A stretch of DNA of 64,000 nt from Azolla caroliniana (taxonomy: Eukaryota; Plantae; Polypodiophyta): assembly GCA_043228905.1 (NCBI GenBank), contig JBHGNT010000006.1, positions 11,160,001 to 11,224,000 of the forward strand. The letters run 5' to 3'. Below, piece after piece: positions 29,461 through 43,477 of this stretch (the stretch's first letter is position 1; each line of letters opens with the position of its first letter). Both the position numbers and the translations under genes were made by a program. The notes below the pieces were generated by a model. That model was not told where the DNA came from, searched no databases, and worked only from the letters and a program-made list of their open reading frames with translations.

Positions 29461-30633
29461 ATGGCTACTGTTAGCGCCCAAGAATATCAATCCGTTTTCT
29501 CCGAGCTACAGTGCTTAAAAGAAAAATTTGTTGCCTTGGAACAAGAAAACCAATGGCTGATAGGGGATCTGCAACACATCGCTCTAGAAAAACAACAAAC
29601 ACAGCAACAACATGGGGAGTTAGCATTACGGGTGCAACAACTCGAAGCGGCATTGCAACAACAAGGATCAAGTCCCCAAGGATTTCATAAAGAGCCGAAG
29701 ATTGGACTTCCTGTGAAATTTGATGGAACGCGATCGCAATTCAGGGGATTCCTTAATCAGGTACGATTAGTCCTCCAAATGCATCCTTCCCGATATCCCA
29801 CTGATGCATCCCGAGTCAGCTTAATAGGCACGTTGCTTAGTGGCTCAGCCTTAGCATGGTTCGCTCCGCTTCTAGAAAAACAATCGCCCTTGCTTAATAA
29901 CTTTGAAGATTTTATTAGTGAGTTTAAAGCCTGCTTTGGAGACACCGACAACATCAGGACGACGATCAACAAGATCCGGCGATTGCGTCAAGGCGATCGT
30001 CCAGCCTCTGCCTACGCTGCGGATTTCCGCCTACTCGCTTCAGATATATCCTGGGATGATCAAGCACTAATGGAGCAGTTTCGCTATGGCCTGCGAAACA
30101 ATGTCAAAGATCTACTTCTAACTTTTCCCGAAGAACCAAAGACTCTTACGGAGGCAATCAGTCGAGCGGTCCGATGTGACAACCGCCTTTTCAAACGACG
30201 TTCGGAACGTCAATTATAGATACCACGCTCTAGGCCAGAGCCCACTTACGCCGCAGTCGCGGCTAAACCGTTTGCACGAGACATACCTCAAGCAAATACT
30301 TCGACACCGATGGAGATCGATACCATGCGTCGACACGGCCTGTTATCGGAAGAAGAAAAGCAACGACGACGTGCCAATCGATTATGTCTTTATTGCAGTG
30401 GACCAAGGCATATCGCCATCAATTGTCCCCATAGGCCAAGAAGACAGGTAAATCAAATCGTCGCCTGTACTAAACCCGAGTCAATTCTTCCCTTCGGAGT
30501 GTCTGATAGTATTAATAGTACTAATAGAGTGTCAGATAGTATTCATATTACTAATAGCCCAAGTATCTCAAACAAATTTGAAATCCTTAGTCAATTAGAT
30601 GAAGAGTTAAACGATCGAGTCCAGCCAAAATAG
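29461..30633 (+). pseudogene. gag of E (interrupted near 30219)
   Basis: PVKFDGTRSQFRGF, LRQG, FRYGL, PMEID, CLYC...H....C; PEG10/sushi-like organisation. Confidence 0.9.
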
Positions 30634-30661
30634 GAGCCGTTTGGTTGGACAACAGCCCTAG
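30606..30661 (+). promoter_or_regulatory. -1 ribosomal frameshift signal (gag-pol) of E
   Basis: Slippery G TTA AAC in gag frame; 6-nt spacer; stem GTCCAGCCAAA/TTTGGTTGGAC; loop TAGG can pair with CCTA; pol is in -1 frame. Confidence 0.7.
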
Positions 30662-33600
30662 ATCTGTACAGCCCATTAGTGGTTCCATTCCTTCCAAGCA
30701 AGTTAGCAATGTGTTCCTAGCCCAAGTCATTGTTAGTACTAAAAGTACTCTCCCAGTACCCGTCCTAGCACTTTTAGATTCCGGAGCTAATTCATGTTTC
30801 ATGGATCGAAATTTTGCCCAAGCTTCTCAGATATCCCTAAGAAAACTTCCTTGTCCCGCATCTGTAGTACTCATTGATGGTCGCCCCATTGCTTCCGGGA
30901 ATATTGTAGAAGAATCAGAACCCATTCAAGTGTCCTAGGTAGTTTTGTGTGTGTAATATCATTTAATATAATTAGCAGTCCAGAGCATCCCATTGTCCTA
31001 GGATTACGTTGGTTTGAATTACATAATCCAACCATCGATTGGAGAACAAGAGAAGTCTGATATCGACCACCCCAAGAATCTACTCACCGAGTTTCGACCA
31101 TTTCACTCCATCAATTACGCGAAGAAGGACACAAGGAGGCAATGTTCCTATTTGCAATATCAGTACATCCTTCCAGCACTATTAAGAAGGACTCCTCACT
31201 ACAACTTCCGGCAAAATATCATCCTTATGTCGATGTATTTGACAAGGTAAAAGTCGGTACCCTTCCTCATCACCGTCCCTATGATTGTCCCATCGATTTA
31301 CAACCAGGAACCGAGCCACCATGGGGACCAATTTACAAGTTGTCACCCACCGAGTTAGAAGTCCTTCGAGCCTACATAGAGGAGAACTTGGCAAGCGGGT
31401 TCATCCGTCATTCGAAATCTCCGGCCGGTGCACCCATCTTCTTTGTCAAGAAGAAAGATGGCTCACTTCGTCTCGTCGTTGATTACCGCAGATTGAATAA
31501 GGTCACCATCCGGAATAGGTATGCACTTCCTCTTATATCAAGTCTTTTAGAGCGAGTTAATGGTGCCAAGTTTTTTACCAAAATCGATCTACGAGGAGCG
31601 TATAACCTCATGCGGATCCGACCGGGAGATGAATAATAGACCGCCTTTCGCACGCGGTATGGGCATTTCGAGTATACTGGTATGCCGTTCGGCTTAACCA
31701 ATGCACCCGCAGTCTTCCAACACATGGCAAATGATATATTCAGAGACCTCTTGGATATCTGTTTGATCATCTATCTGGATGATTTATTGATTTATTCGAA
31801 GACCCAGCAAGAGCACGATTCTCATGTACTATTAGTACTAAAGTGACTCCGCGAGAATGGTCTTTATGCCAAGCTAGAAAAATGTAGCTTTGACTACAAG
31901 CAAGTGGAATTTCTAGGCTACGTCATCTCCTCAAAGGGCATCGCCATGGATCCAGCTAAAGTCCAAACTGTACTAGAGTGGCAAATTCCACGGTTGGTAG
32001 GAGATGTACAATGTTTTCTAGGTTTTGCTAACTTCTACCATAAGTTTATACAGGATTATTCAAAGATTATTTTACCCCTCACACAACTTACGAAGAAGGG
32101 CCAAGCATTTCTTTGGTCCATCGAAGCAGATATGGCTTTTCGGCATCTTAAGAAAGCCTTTACATTAGCACCGATTCTAGCTCATGTGGATACCACCAAA
32201 CCATTCATCATGGAGGCCGATGCTTCAGATTTCGCCCTCGGTAGCATCCTTTCTCAACAAGGAGATAAAGAAGAGTTGCATCCGGTGGCTTTCCATTCGC
32301 GCCAATTCGATGTCGCGGAAATCAACTACGAAAGACATGACAAGGAGTTATTAGCCATTGTGGATTCATTTGTGCAATGGCGGCATTTCTTAGAGGGCTC
32401 TCCACATCAGGTCATTGTCTTTAGTGATCATAAAAATCTTGCTTATTTCCAGAAGGCTCGCGTACTAAATCGACGGCAAGCTCGGTGGGCGCAATTCCTC
32501 ACGCATTTCGACTTCAAAATCACATATCGACCGGGGAAGCAACAAGGAAAAGCAGATGCACTATCACGGCGTTCATATCTTGCACCTTGTCCTAGTGATC
32601 CAACATTTGATAATAAAAAACAAGTAATCTTGGGACCAACACGATTGCACACGACGCGGATTTTTCACACCCCGATGGATTCACGGATTACCGATGACAT
32701 ACGTGCAAACTTGAAGACGGATAGTTTTGCTCAAGACATCCTGGCACACATTGATACTTCTCGGGCATCCTGTTCTGAGTCTCAACAACCAGGTATTGAC
32801 TACCGACAATTCGAATATCATGATGGTTTGTTATTCTTTAAAAAGCGCGTATATGTCCCCGATTGCTCCTGTCGCCTTCAAATCGTCCAACATTGTCACG
32901 ACACCCATACGGTGGGACATTTCGGTAGTACTAAGACGTTGGAGCTAGTGCAACGATCTTTTTGGTGGCCCCACATGTGCCGTTTTGTTGACGACTACGT
33001 TCGGACCTGTGATGCTTGCTGCCAAGCAAAGATGCCACGACACCATCCATATGGCTTGTTGGAACCCTTACCGATTCCAAGTAAGCTGTGGCAGTTTATT
33101 TGTCTTGATTTTATCACAGATCTGCCGGTCTCGCAGGGGTTCGATGCTATCTTAACCGTCGTCGATCGATATACGAAGATGGCACATTTTGTTCCGTGTA
33201 CTAAGGCCATCACTAGCAAGAAAACCGCCGCCCTAGTCATGCGTGAGGTATTTCGGCATCATGGCCTCCCAGACAGTATCATCAGTGACCAAGGACCGCA
33301 ATTTGTCTCCAAATTTTTGCAGCATCTCTTCAAGATGCTCAAGGTCTCTTGCAACCTCTCCTCCGGCTACCATCCTCAGACTGATGGGCAGGCGGAACGA
33401 ACAAACCAAACGCTGGAGCAATATCTCAGGTGTTTCCTGAGTTATCAACAGGACGATTGGGCCGAGATTCTCCACTTTGCGGAGTTTGCGTATAATAATG
33501 TTGTTCACTCCTCAACTCGAGTCTCCCCATTCTACGCTTATACCGGTTCTCATCCTCGATGGTCGGTGATCGACACCCCAGAGTTACCTACCAATCCACG

Positions 33601-34217
33601 TGTCGGGGATCATTTGGAGAGACTACACAAGATCCAGACAGATCTCTTGACTCATCTTCGTCATGCTCAACAGACACAGAAGACTTACGCGGATCGTCAT
33701 CGGCGTCCCTCCTCTTTTGCCATCGGAGATCGAGTATGGCTCTTACGTCATCACATCAAGACTACTTGATCGTGCGACAAGTTGGATTATCGACGACTCA
33801 GTCCTTTCCGTATTATGGGTAAGGTTAATGATGTCACATTTCACCTCGATTTCCCTCCGCAGCTTCAGATATATCCAGTTTTCCATTGTTCTCTTCTTGA
33901 ACCTTATAAAGCAAACACCATTCCCGATCGTGTTACACGACCGCCGCCCCCGCTGGAGTTGGACGCCGGCCCGGAGTATGAAGTTGCTGCCATCCTCGAT
34001 TCCAAACTTATTCGCAACAAACTTTATTATTTGGTCGATTGGCTTGGTCATAGTTCGAGCTTTGGTCGATTGGCTTGGTCATAGTTCGAGCGAACGCACT
34101 TGGGAACCCGTCGAGCATGTTGCCAATGCTCAGGATCTGCTTGCTGATTTCCACCGAAAGTATCCGGACAAACCCGATCCACAATCAACGCCAACTTGTT
34201 CCACTCGTCGTCTTTAA
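30613..34217 (+). pseudogene. pol of E (PR-RT-RH-INT-chromodomain) with a few stops
   Basis: LLDSGA, YALPLI, YLDD, ADASD, DKELLAI, CLDF, SDQG, YYLVDWLG..TWEP; 31-bp tandem duplication 34030-34091. Confidence 0.92.
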
Positions 34218-34680
34218 GAGGGAGATAGTGTCATGATATGGCAAGACTCGAACCCATAACCTTATGGTATATGGTTCGAGCTCTTAACCATCACACCATC
34301 TATAGTAATTCATAGGATATTATTTTCATTTATGTTTTATTATAAGAAAGTAATGTATATTCCAGATTTCTCTGGAACATTCTAGAAGTTTCAGGATTAC
34401 TCCTGACAACACTATAAAAGAAGGCACTAGGCATTATGTTCATCCAAATTGGTTCAACACCAGTCTTAAGTCTCTTAGCCGATTTGTACTTATCTTTCAT
34501 ATAATATAAGAGCTGTTGTCATCATCCTTCTCTCTCTCTCATTCTCGCTATCTCTCTTTTTGCTTCTCTCTTTCTCTCTCTCTCGGGAGTCTTACGCAGT
34601 ACCGTCCTCTTAGTACTAATAGTACTGCTCTTCTTTAGTACTAATTCCATCTCTGCTTTAGTACTATTCCTGACACATCA

Positions 34681-35396
34681 TGGATGGGGACGAAGGTGCT
34701 CGATAGTGGTGCAGCTTTTGCACGAATTCAGAGCCAAAGCGGAGGGAAATCCGTCCAATTCCTAACTATGCCAACAAATCATGAAAGGAACAAGAGAGAG
34801 CTCTTGTCCCAAACAAGGATGGATTTTTAGAGCGGACTATTGCGGAGTGGGGAAGTGATAGTTCGAGAAGCCCTGATACCCCACACAGGAAGAAAACTCT
34901 CGGAGCAAAACAAGTACGAATCGGTCCGGATGGGGCATCTACGTACACGGTCGTAACCGGAGGAAAGAAGAAAGAATACCAAAAAGTAGAGGATAAGTTG
35001 CAATCAACATCAATAATAAAAGAAGACGAAGAAATCATGGGGATAGTCAAAGAAATGTTCTATGGGAGCAAGCTACAATGGCTTGAAGAGCTTGTGGAGG
35101 ATAAAAGCAAGGGAGACCGGGTAGTCCCGGTGGAATCGTTCGAGATGTATGAGATCATTGTGAAAATGGGGTAGGATACGCTCCACAAAGAAGAAGCACT
35201 GGTAAGTACGAAATACAAGACCGTGGAGAAGAAAGTGAAACTGGCCGTGGGACCGTTACCCGCTGATAGCGGGCAAAAGAGGAAAGAGGTCTCGGGAGAT
35301 CCGACACTTCGGAAGTCCATGGACATCGGACATGCCTTCACGGATGAGACTCAGAAGAAACTTTGGATCGGTGGATGTGTTTTCCTTTTACAAAAT
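34681..35396 (+). pseudogene. A: end of gag-PR, frameshift site and pol N-terminus
   Basis: GAAFARIQS..SVQFLT..NHERN..DF*; KYKTVEKKV. Confidence 0.8.
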
Positions 35397-38300
35397 TGTT
35401 GAGAGACAAGCTCAACATCGGCCGGATCGGCTGGGACCGATCGATTAGGCCGTTAGGAAAGATATTCCGTGAGGAATATATTTGGGAGTTAGTGTAGGAG
35501 CTCTTAATGAGCATTGAAGTACTGGCAGTACTCCCGTCAGTCCTTCTAGGGCTTGTACAAATTGTTCATTGAACACATATATGTTTGTTTTTGTCTTTTA
35601 TTAGATACTTTCCTTTTGGTGTCTTCTCTCTAACTCTCTCGGTCTCTCCCGCGTATACTGTGTAAGCTCAAGCTCTCCATTAAACCTGAGTGTTCTCCCT
35701 TCTGTTCGGTCTTTATACTTGCTTCCGCACGCTACTTTTTACATGGTATTAGAGCGCGAGGGTTGAGAACCTCTCTGCAGCCGACACAGCTTGACGAAGA
35801 AGAACAAGAAGAACGATGGATAGAGGCATGGCGAGCTCGCTTCCAACAGAGAAGCTCGACAGAACCAACTACACGTCTTGGTCCTACAAGATGCACCAGT
35901 ACCTGCTCGGGCACGGCTACTGGAGTTATGTCGAAGGAGCTAATGACGCGGCACCCGAATCGACACATAGAGACTTTCCGTCATGGGAGCAATCGGCGAG
36001 CAGGGCATTATACTGCTTCGCGTCGTGTGTGGGCGAACAGCTATTGAGCTATGTTCGGGATGCAAAGACGCCGAAGGGTGCGTGGGAAAATCTGAAGAAG
36101 ATCTTCGATGCAAGCACCACAGCCAGGAAGCTTCAGCTCCGACAAGAGTTGAGCAACCTACGACAACGCGACTTGTCGGTGGCGGACTATACCTCGAAGA
36201 TCAAGGATATCTGCGACTCCCGCGCCTCCATAGAGGTGAACATCGAGGAGAGCGAGATGGTCCAGATCTGTCTCGGAGGTTTGGCGTCGAAGTTCGGAGC
36301 GTTCCGAACGGCTGTGTGTACCCGGGAGAATACGCCGTCCTTTTCCGACTTATAGTCGATGCTCCTGGTAGAGGAGAACCACGCGGGTGCGTCGACGAGC
36401 ACGCACACCGACAGCAAGATGTTGTACACAGAGGGAGAAAGGCCCCGTGGTCGTGGCGGACGAGGCGAGTCGGTACGCAATGGAAGCGGCCGACGAGATC
36501 AAGGAAGAAGGCACCGAAGTGATGCCGACAGCAACTCCGGACCCTCCGGAAACAGGGGGAGTCGAAGCGATGAGAACCGGCAAGGGAAGGCCATCGCGGA
36601 GTGCTGGTACTGTGGCAAGAAAGGCCACAGGGAAAGTGAGTGCTGGAAGAAGCGCGCCGATTCGGAGAGAACCGGTTCCGGAAACAGCTCCAGACATACC
36701 GACAAGGGAAATCGGCAGTGATCGCACTACGCCGAAGACTCCGGGAGAGCCGGAGAAGGGTCTGCCTTCGTGTCGAGACACGAAGCAAACTCAATGAAAC
36801 AGAGCACCCCGAGATCGGACGAGGTGTGGTACGTAGACTCCGGCACGTCAAACCACATGACGAGCCATAAGGAGTGGTTCTCGTACCTTGAAAAACCGAT
36901 ACAACCTGGAGTAGTCGCAACAGGAGACGACACTCCGCATCCGATCGCGAATGTCGGAGAAGTTCCCCTTAACCATGTCGGGTAGAAAGGGAAACTCATG
37001 AACGTGTTGCACGTTCCGACAATCACGAAAAACTTGGTCTCGGTCGGATAGATCGTCGACCAAGGGATGGAGGTTCGGTTTACACTCCTCGGGTGCTTCA
37101 TTGAGGAAGAAGGCCGTGTGATTGCGCAAGGGCGCAGAGACGGGAGGATGTTCATCCTCGACTCCACTGACGGCGGCACAACAATGTTCACGAAGGGACA
37201 AAAATCCGAGTCAGACATCGACTTGTGGCACAAGCGGATAAGCCACGTCAACCACCAGCGGTTTCAAGATCTGCAATCGAAACAGGTAGTGTTTGGATTG
37301 CCCAAATTTAGTGGCCGAAAGGCAAAAATTTGTGAAGCCTGCCAGCTCGGGAAGCAACACCGACTTCCCTTCCCCAACGAGCGAAACCGGAGCCGGAACA
37401 AGCTTGACCTTATACACTCCGATGTATGGGGGCCGGCACAAAACGTTAGTCTTGGCGGGAGCCGATATTTCGTCTCCTTCATCGACGACCACACGCGGCA
37501 CACGTGGATCTACCTCATTGAGAGGAAGAGCGAAGTCTTCGACTACTTTCGGGACCTCAAAGGGTTCGTGGAAACGGAGACAGGACGAAAGAATAAGTGC
37601 CTGCGGTCGGATGGCGGGAAAGAGTACTTCTCCGGTCAATTCAACGGTTATTTACAGCAAATGGGAATTCGGTTGTAGATACACACCGGAGCAAAACGGC
37701 GTGGCCGAGAGGAAGAATCGGTCAGTTGTGGAAGCGGCACGGGCAATGTTGGAGGAGAAGAGCTTGCCCAAGTTCTATTGGGCCGAGGCGGTAAGGACCA
37801 CGGTATACATCCATAACCGGATCGGAGACAAAGTGTCGGCGCACGAGCTATATTTCGGAACGAAGCCGAACTTGCGACACTTGAGGGTGTTCGGTAGCAT
37901 TGCGTATGTGCATATACCGAAGGAGAAAAGGAGGAAGCTAGACGCAAAGGCCAAGAAATGCATCTTGGTCGGTTACTCGGACGAGCAGAAGGGTTATAAG
38001 TGCTATAACCCTCGCACCAAACAAGCGCGTGTCAGCCGCGACGTTGTGTTTGACGAGTCCGCGTCCTGGTACCTGCCCTGACTACGAACTTCGTCTCCAA
38101 TCCGAGCTCTGACGATGAGGTCAGCGAGGCCGAGATGCCTCCGGAAGAGCCCGAAATCGAGACCCGCGAAGAGAGTTCGATTTCACTCCGGTTAAGTGGA
38201 CCGATTGGACGACTGAGTCGGTACGACCAGTTCGATGAAGAGCCGGCGAGTGGTGGAGACTCAGCCGTGCATTCCCCGCGCAGGAAGCCGAGGAGACGGC

Positions 38301-40996
38301 TTACGCGCAAAGAGAAAGGGAAGAAGAAGGTGTCGGATTCCGGCACGGAAAGGAACGAGTTAGACCGACGCGAGTCCGACTCCGAGGGAACAGGTGACGG
38401 GTCTTTAAAGATGGAGACCGCGTCGACCGAGAAGGCCTCGACATCGGCTAATGTGAGATTACGCCGATCTACCCGCCAGAAGAATCCTGTTTTGCGGTTC
38501 GGATACAAAGAGTACATGGCGCATCATTATGCGTACATGACCCGTGTAGCGGAAGTGCGTGAGCCGGAGAGCTACGCAGAAGCGGTTAAAGACGCGAATT
38601 GGCATGCCGCGATGGAGGAAGAGATGCACGCATTGGCGGAGAACGAGACCTGCGACCTGGTTGACGCACCAAGAGGGGTAAAACCGATCGGGTGTAGGTG
38701 GGTGTACAAAGTGAAGTACAACACCGATGGCTCGGTCAACCGGTACAAGGCTCGGCTAGTGGCAAAGGGCTACGCGCAGAAACACGACATCGACTACGAT
38801 GAGACATTTGCACCGATCGCGAAAATGACGACCGTCCGTGTTTTGCTCGCAGTAGCCTCGGCCAAGGGGTGGCACCTACATCAAATGGATGTAAAGAATG
38901 CGTTCCTGCAAGGTGACCTTGAGGAACAAGTGTACATGGTACATCCCCCCGGATTTCACTCCGGAACGAACTCCTCGGCAGTATGCCGACTGAAGAAGTC
39001 CCTTTACGGACTGAAGCAAGCCCCACGTGCCTGGAACGCGAAGATCACGCAACAACTGCGTCGGATGGGCTTCATCACGTCAAAATCGGACTCTTCCCTG
39101 TTCATCCGGAAAGGTCGACTCGGACCAGTTAGTATTCTACTATATGTTGATGACTTGGTCATCACCGGCGCCGACCTAGGTGAAATCGACCGCGTGAAGC
39201 TCCAACTTGCGGCATCGTTCAACATGAAGGATCTGAGGGGCCTTCATTACTTCCTCGGGATCGAAGTGATCCGTACCCCCGAAGGCATATTGATCAGCCA
39301 ACGTCATTACGTGCTGAGTATGATCTTCAAATTCGGGATGGACGACTGTAAGTCCGTCTCGACTCCTTTGGACAGAACCGTCAAGCTTCGTCCCGATACG
39401 GGAAAGGTATGCGACCCGACGAGGTTCCGACAAATTGTCGGAAGCCTCATATACTTGACCATCACCCGACCCGACCTCAATTATCTGGTCGGAGTGATCG
39501 GTCAGTTCATGGCGCGACCTACCGAGGAGCACCTTCAGTGTGCGCAACGCGTACTGCGGTACATAAATGGCACTAAGGACTGCGGACTGCTATATCGGAC
39601 CGGTGCAGCCGCGTAGTTAGTCGGCTACACCGATGCTGATTGGGCTGGCCACGCCGCCGATCGCCGATCCACGTCCGGATACGCGTTCTCCCTCGGGAGT
39701 GCCGCGATCGCGTGGAGCAGTAAGAAGCAGCCAACAGTTGCACTGTCGAGCACCGAAGCTGAGTACCGAGGAGCAGCTGTCGCGACATGCAAAGCCATAT
39801 GGTTGAAGCGGCTACTTAAGGACCTGCAGGTGGAGGTGTCAGATCCGACGACGATCTACTACGACAACCTCAACAGCATCCAGCTCGCGAAGAACCCCGT
39901 TTTCCACGCACGGACCAAGCACATTGAGGTGCACTACCATTTCGTCCGTGAGTGTGTCCTTTCCGGTGAAGTCGAACTTCAGTACGTGCCGACAGATCGG
40001 CAGACTGCCGACATCTTCACAAAGCCTCTTGGTCCGGACAAGTTGCGGCAATTTTCAGGTGCGCTCGGGTTGCGTCACCTCGACATGCCAACCTTGAGGG
40101 GGAGAACAGTCCCGAACGACCAAACAAGGCAGCAGGAAAGGAGCAGAGACCGTGACACCGAGGCCGAGTCGGTTAACTCGGTTGTCGAGTTCGACTTCGG
40201 ATCGGCTGAAGAAGCCGAGGGCGGACCCACCGAAAAGTCCAAAAGCGGACAGAAGGGGAGCAGCCGAAGGAGAGAGCCGAAGCCAACCACGCATGGGGGA
40301 GATGACACAATCGAGGGCGAGAAGACCAAAGACGAGTTGGAGACAGCCAACTCGGACGAGAGCGAAAACCGATCGGAAGTAGCCGAGTCGGTTCGGATGT
40401 TTGATTAAGACATGTTGAATCAACTGAGGCCCAAGCGGAAGAAAAGGCAACAGAAGAAGTGTCGACACCGCAACAGCAGAAGAGCTAATAAGGGTCACAT
40501 GAGCAGACAAGCCGACCGTAAGGGTCGAAGCGCGCAGAGTCGAACAGGTCGAGGAGCGTGAGCGAGGCGTGAAGCCAGGAGGAACCAGAGCTGTGAAAAT
40601 CCCGAAGAGCCTCAAGTTGAGCTTGAGGGAGAGTGTTGAGAGACAAGCTCAACATCAGCTGAAGAAGCCGAGGACCGGATCGGCTGGGACCGATCGGTTA
40701 GGCCGTTAGGAAAGATATTCCGTGAGGAATATATTTGGGAGTTAGTGTAGGAGCTCTTAATGAGCATTGAAGTACTGTTAGTACTCCAGTCAGTCCTTCT
40801 AGGGCTTGTACAAAGTGTTCATTGAACACATATATGTTTGTTTTTGTCTTTTATTAGATACTTTCCTTTTGGTGTCTTCTCTCTAAGTCTCTCGGTCTCT
40901 CCCGCGTATACTGTGTAAGCTCAAGTTCTCCATTAAACCTGAGTGTTCTCCCTTCTGTTCTGTCTTTATACTTGCTTCCGCACGCTACTTTTTACA
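35397..40996 (+). mobile_element. Ty1/Copia element F, full length, decayed
   Basis: LTRs 35397-35743 and 40634-40996; TSD AAAAT; PBS TGGTATTAGAGC; PPT GAGGGAGAG. Confidence 0.94.
35816..40639 (+). pseudogene. Copia gag-pol of F
   Basis: [61 protein letters not shown]; several stops and frameshifts. Confidence 0.93.
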
Positions 40997-41001
40997 AAAA
41001 T

Positions 41002-43421
41002 GAAGAAGAGTGATTCCACGGGATGTTGGAACAGCATGGGAAAGCATTTGCATTCACATCGAAGGAGATAGGGTGCGTTGATCCGAAGATAGTGGATCCG
41101 ATGGTGATCTTCACGATTGACCATGTGTCGTGGAACTTGAAGCCGATTCCAGTGCCACGGGCGCATATTCCCAAAATCATCGACTTGCTCAAGGAGAAGG
41201 TGGCGATGGGGATTCTAGAGCCATCAAACGCTTCGTACTCAAATCGATGGTTTACGGTTCTAAAGAAGAATGGGTCACTCCGATTTATCCAAGACTTGCA
41301 ACCGATGAACGAGGTCACGATCTGGAACTCCGGAGTCGGTCTGATAGTGGATGAATTTGCGGAAGCATTTGCTGGTCGTGCGATATACTCCATCGGAGAC
41401 CTATACTCGGGGTATGACCAATTCCAACTAGCCGTGGAGAGCCGAGACATCAATACCATGTGGACACCGATAGGATTAGTCCAAATGTGCACACTACCAC
41501 AAGGAGCGACAAACTCAGTTGCACATATGATGAACATGATGAACAAGGTGCTTTGAGATTGCATTCCGAAGATAACGATGTCATTCCTAGATGACATTCC
41601 GATGAAAGGATGCGCGGTGGAAGAAAAAGATGAAACTATGGATGATCGGGGATGCCAAAAGTTCGTAGTCAACCATATTTGTGATTGCGAGAAAGTGCTT
41701 CGAAAGTTAGAAGATGTGCACCTAACACTTTCCGGGGAGAAATTGGCATTCGGGCAAGAAGAGATATTGGTAGGCGGACATCTATGTGGGCCCTACGGCC
41801 GAAGACCGTCACCAACCAAGATTGATGCGATTCAAGCTATGAACGAAGTATGGGAGTCACAATCTGAAGTCCGAAGGTTTCTTGGAGCTTGTGCATTTTA
41901 TCACATATGGATTCCACACTATGCACATATTGCGGACCCACTATATCACTTATTGCGGAAGGAGAAGAAGTTTGAATGGAAACTGGATCACACCAAAGCC
42001 ATGAAGAAGCTCAAGAAAACACTATGGAGGGCTAAAGCACTTAAGAAGCCGAGCTATGAGCGACCGATCATAGTAACAGTTGATACAAGTCCAACCGGGA
42101 TCGGATGGGTCATCAATCAAGCCGACTCGGATGGTTTGCGATATCCGATCCGATTCGGAGCAAAGGTTCTCAATGAAAGGCAATGCAGATATGCACAAGT
42201 CAAAAGAGAATTATGGGGAGTCATGTCGGCAATCAAATCGGATCAAGATTATTTGATCGGAGCGGAAGTAGTGATCGAAACAGATTGTCTTCCGATACTC
42301 GGGGTGATGCGGTGTTGCATGATACCGGATGTGGCTATGCTAAGATGGATTGCATATGTTAAGTCGCTTAACCCGGACGTACGACACATCTCCGGAAAAG
42401 ACAATGCGGTAGCGGATATGCTATCAAGGGCTCGGTTTGGAGACGACATAGCCGAATCCGAAATGAAGAAGTTTCTGAAGACTACTTTGCTTCAGAGCAC
42501 ATATGCCGAGTAAACGTAATCCGAGAATTCTGAGAAGAAGAATACGAGGGAGAAAGCTTGATGATCTATGGGTGCGTAGGACAAGTGATTGCGGATCGGA
42601 GAGAACTCGACTATGATAAAGCTAGGGAATTCTTCACCAAACATGGAGTTCGGTTAACACTAACAACGACATACAATTCAGAGGCCAACGGGAAAATCGA
42701 ATGAGGACATAGTCCGATCGCCAAAGCACTTGCCAAAGCATGCGGCAGAAGGGTGAAGGATTGGTCGCAAATGCTCCCGTATGCACTATGGGCGGATCGG
42801 ACAACGCATAGTTCCGTGACTGGTTTTATGCCGGCCGAACTAATGACCGAACAAGCACCGGTAATGCCGATGGAAACTGTAATTGCGACATGGATAGTGC
42901 TACCATGGAAGGAAGAGATGAGCCAGGAAGAACTACTAGCGGTCCGGATACGACAACTAGAGGGAAGACCGGAAGACATAGCGGAAGCAACACGCCGACA
43001 ACAGGAAGCGTGATTCCGGAAAAAAAGTCGATTCGACACAAAGCATCGACTACGACCACAGAAGATTGAAGAAGGAGATTGGGTGATTGTCAATGACAGT
43101 AGTTTGGATCATCAACATACAACGATACGGAAGTTCGCGAAAAGGTGGTTCGGGCCATACGAGGTTCGAAAAGTTTTCGACAACGGAACTTACCAACTAT
43201 GCGAGTTGGATGGAACGATACTACGAGTGCCTATAGCGGGGAAACGGGTAAAGATATTCAAGAAGTGGACTGACGATGAACCCAATGTAACCCTAGACAA
43301 GACCGACAACGAGGAGCAACTGGATAAAGATCGCAGTGATGCGGAAAGCGAAGAAAGTGGACTTCAACTCGTAGTCGCCATAAGGGGAGAATCGGAGAGT
43401 GCTACGGATGAAGCCAAATAA
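41002..43421 (+). pseudogene. RT-RH-INT of A (integrase N-part deleted near 42565)
   Basis: GDLYSGYDQF, TLPQGATNS, FLDDI, VDTSPTG, KRELWG, YNSEANG, RWFGPY. Confidence 0.9.
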
Positions 43422-43477
43422 TGAGCATCAGGAACTTCGGCACATACCGGAGGATGTGTGGGTTTGGAGGGGGCGAG

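Larger units (their letters stand above)
28964..34675 (+). mobile_element. Ty3/Gypsy chromovirus E (Tf1/sushi/Tcn1-like, self-priming)
   Basis: LTRs 28964-29388 and 34229-34675 (22-bp indel); TSD CATCA; PPT AAGAGGGAGATAG; PBS complementary to own LTR. Confidence 0.93.

Noticed and set aside
36201-36920. Long antisense/overlapping ORFs across Copia elements (also 26819-27547, 13870-14430, 40992-41672)
   Set aside because: Shadows of GC-rich or coding sense strands with no recognisable domains
43441-43458. Apparent covarying hairpin before the PPT (CACAT/ATGTG vs CACGT/ACGTG at 62672-62689, loop ACCGGAGG)
   Set aside because: Both changes are CpG deamination products, so covariation is not evidence; the motif may still be real
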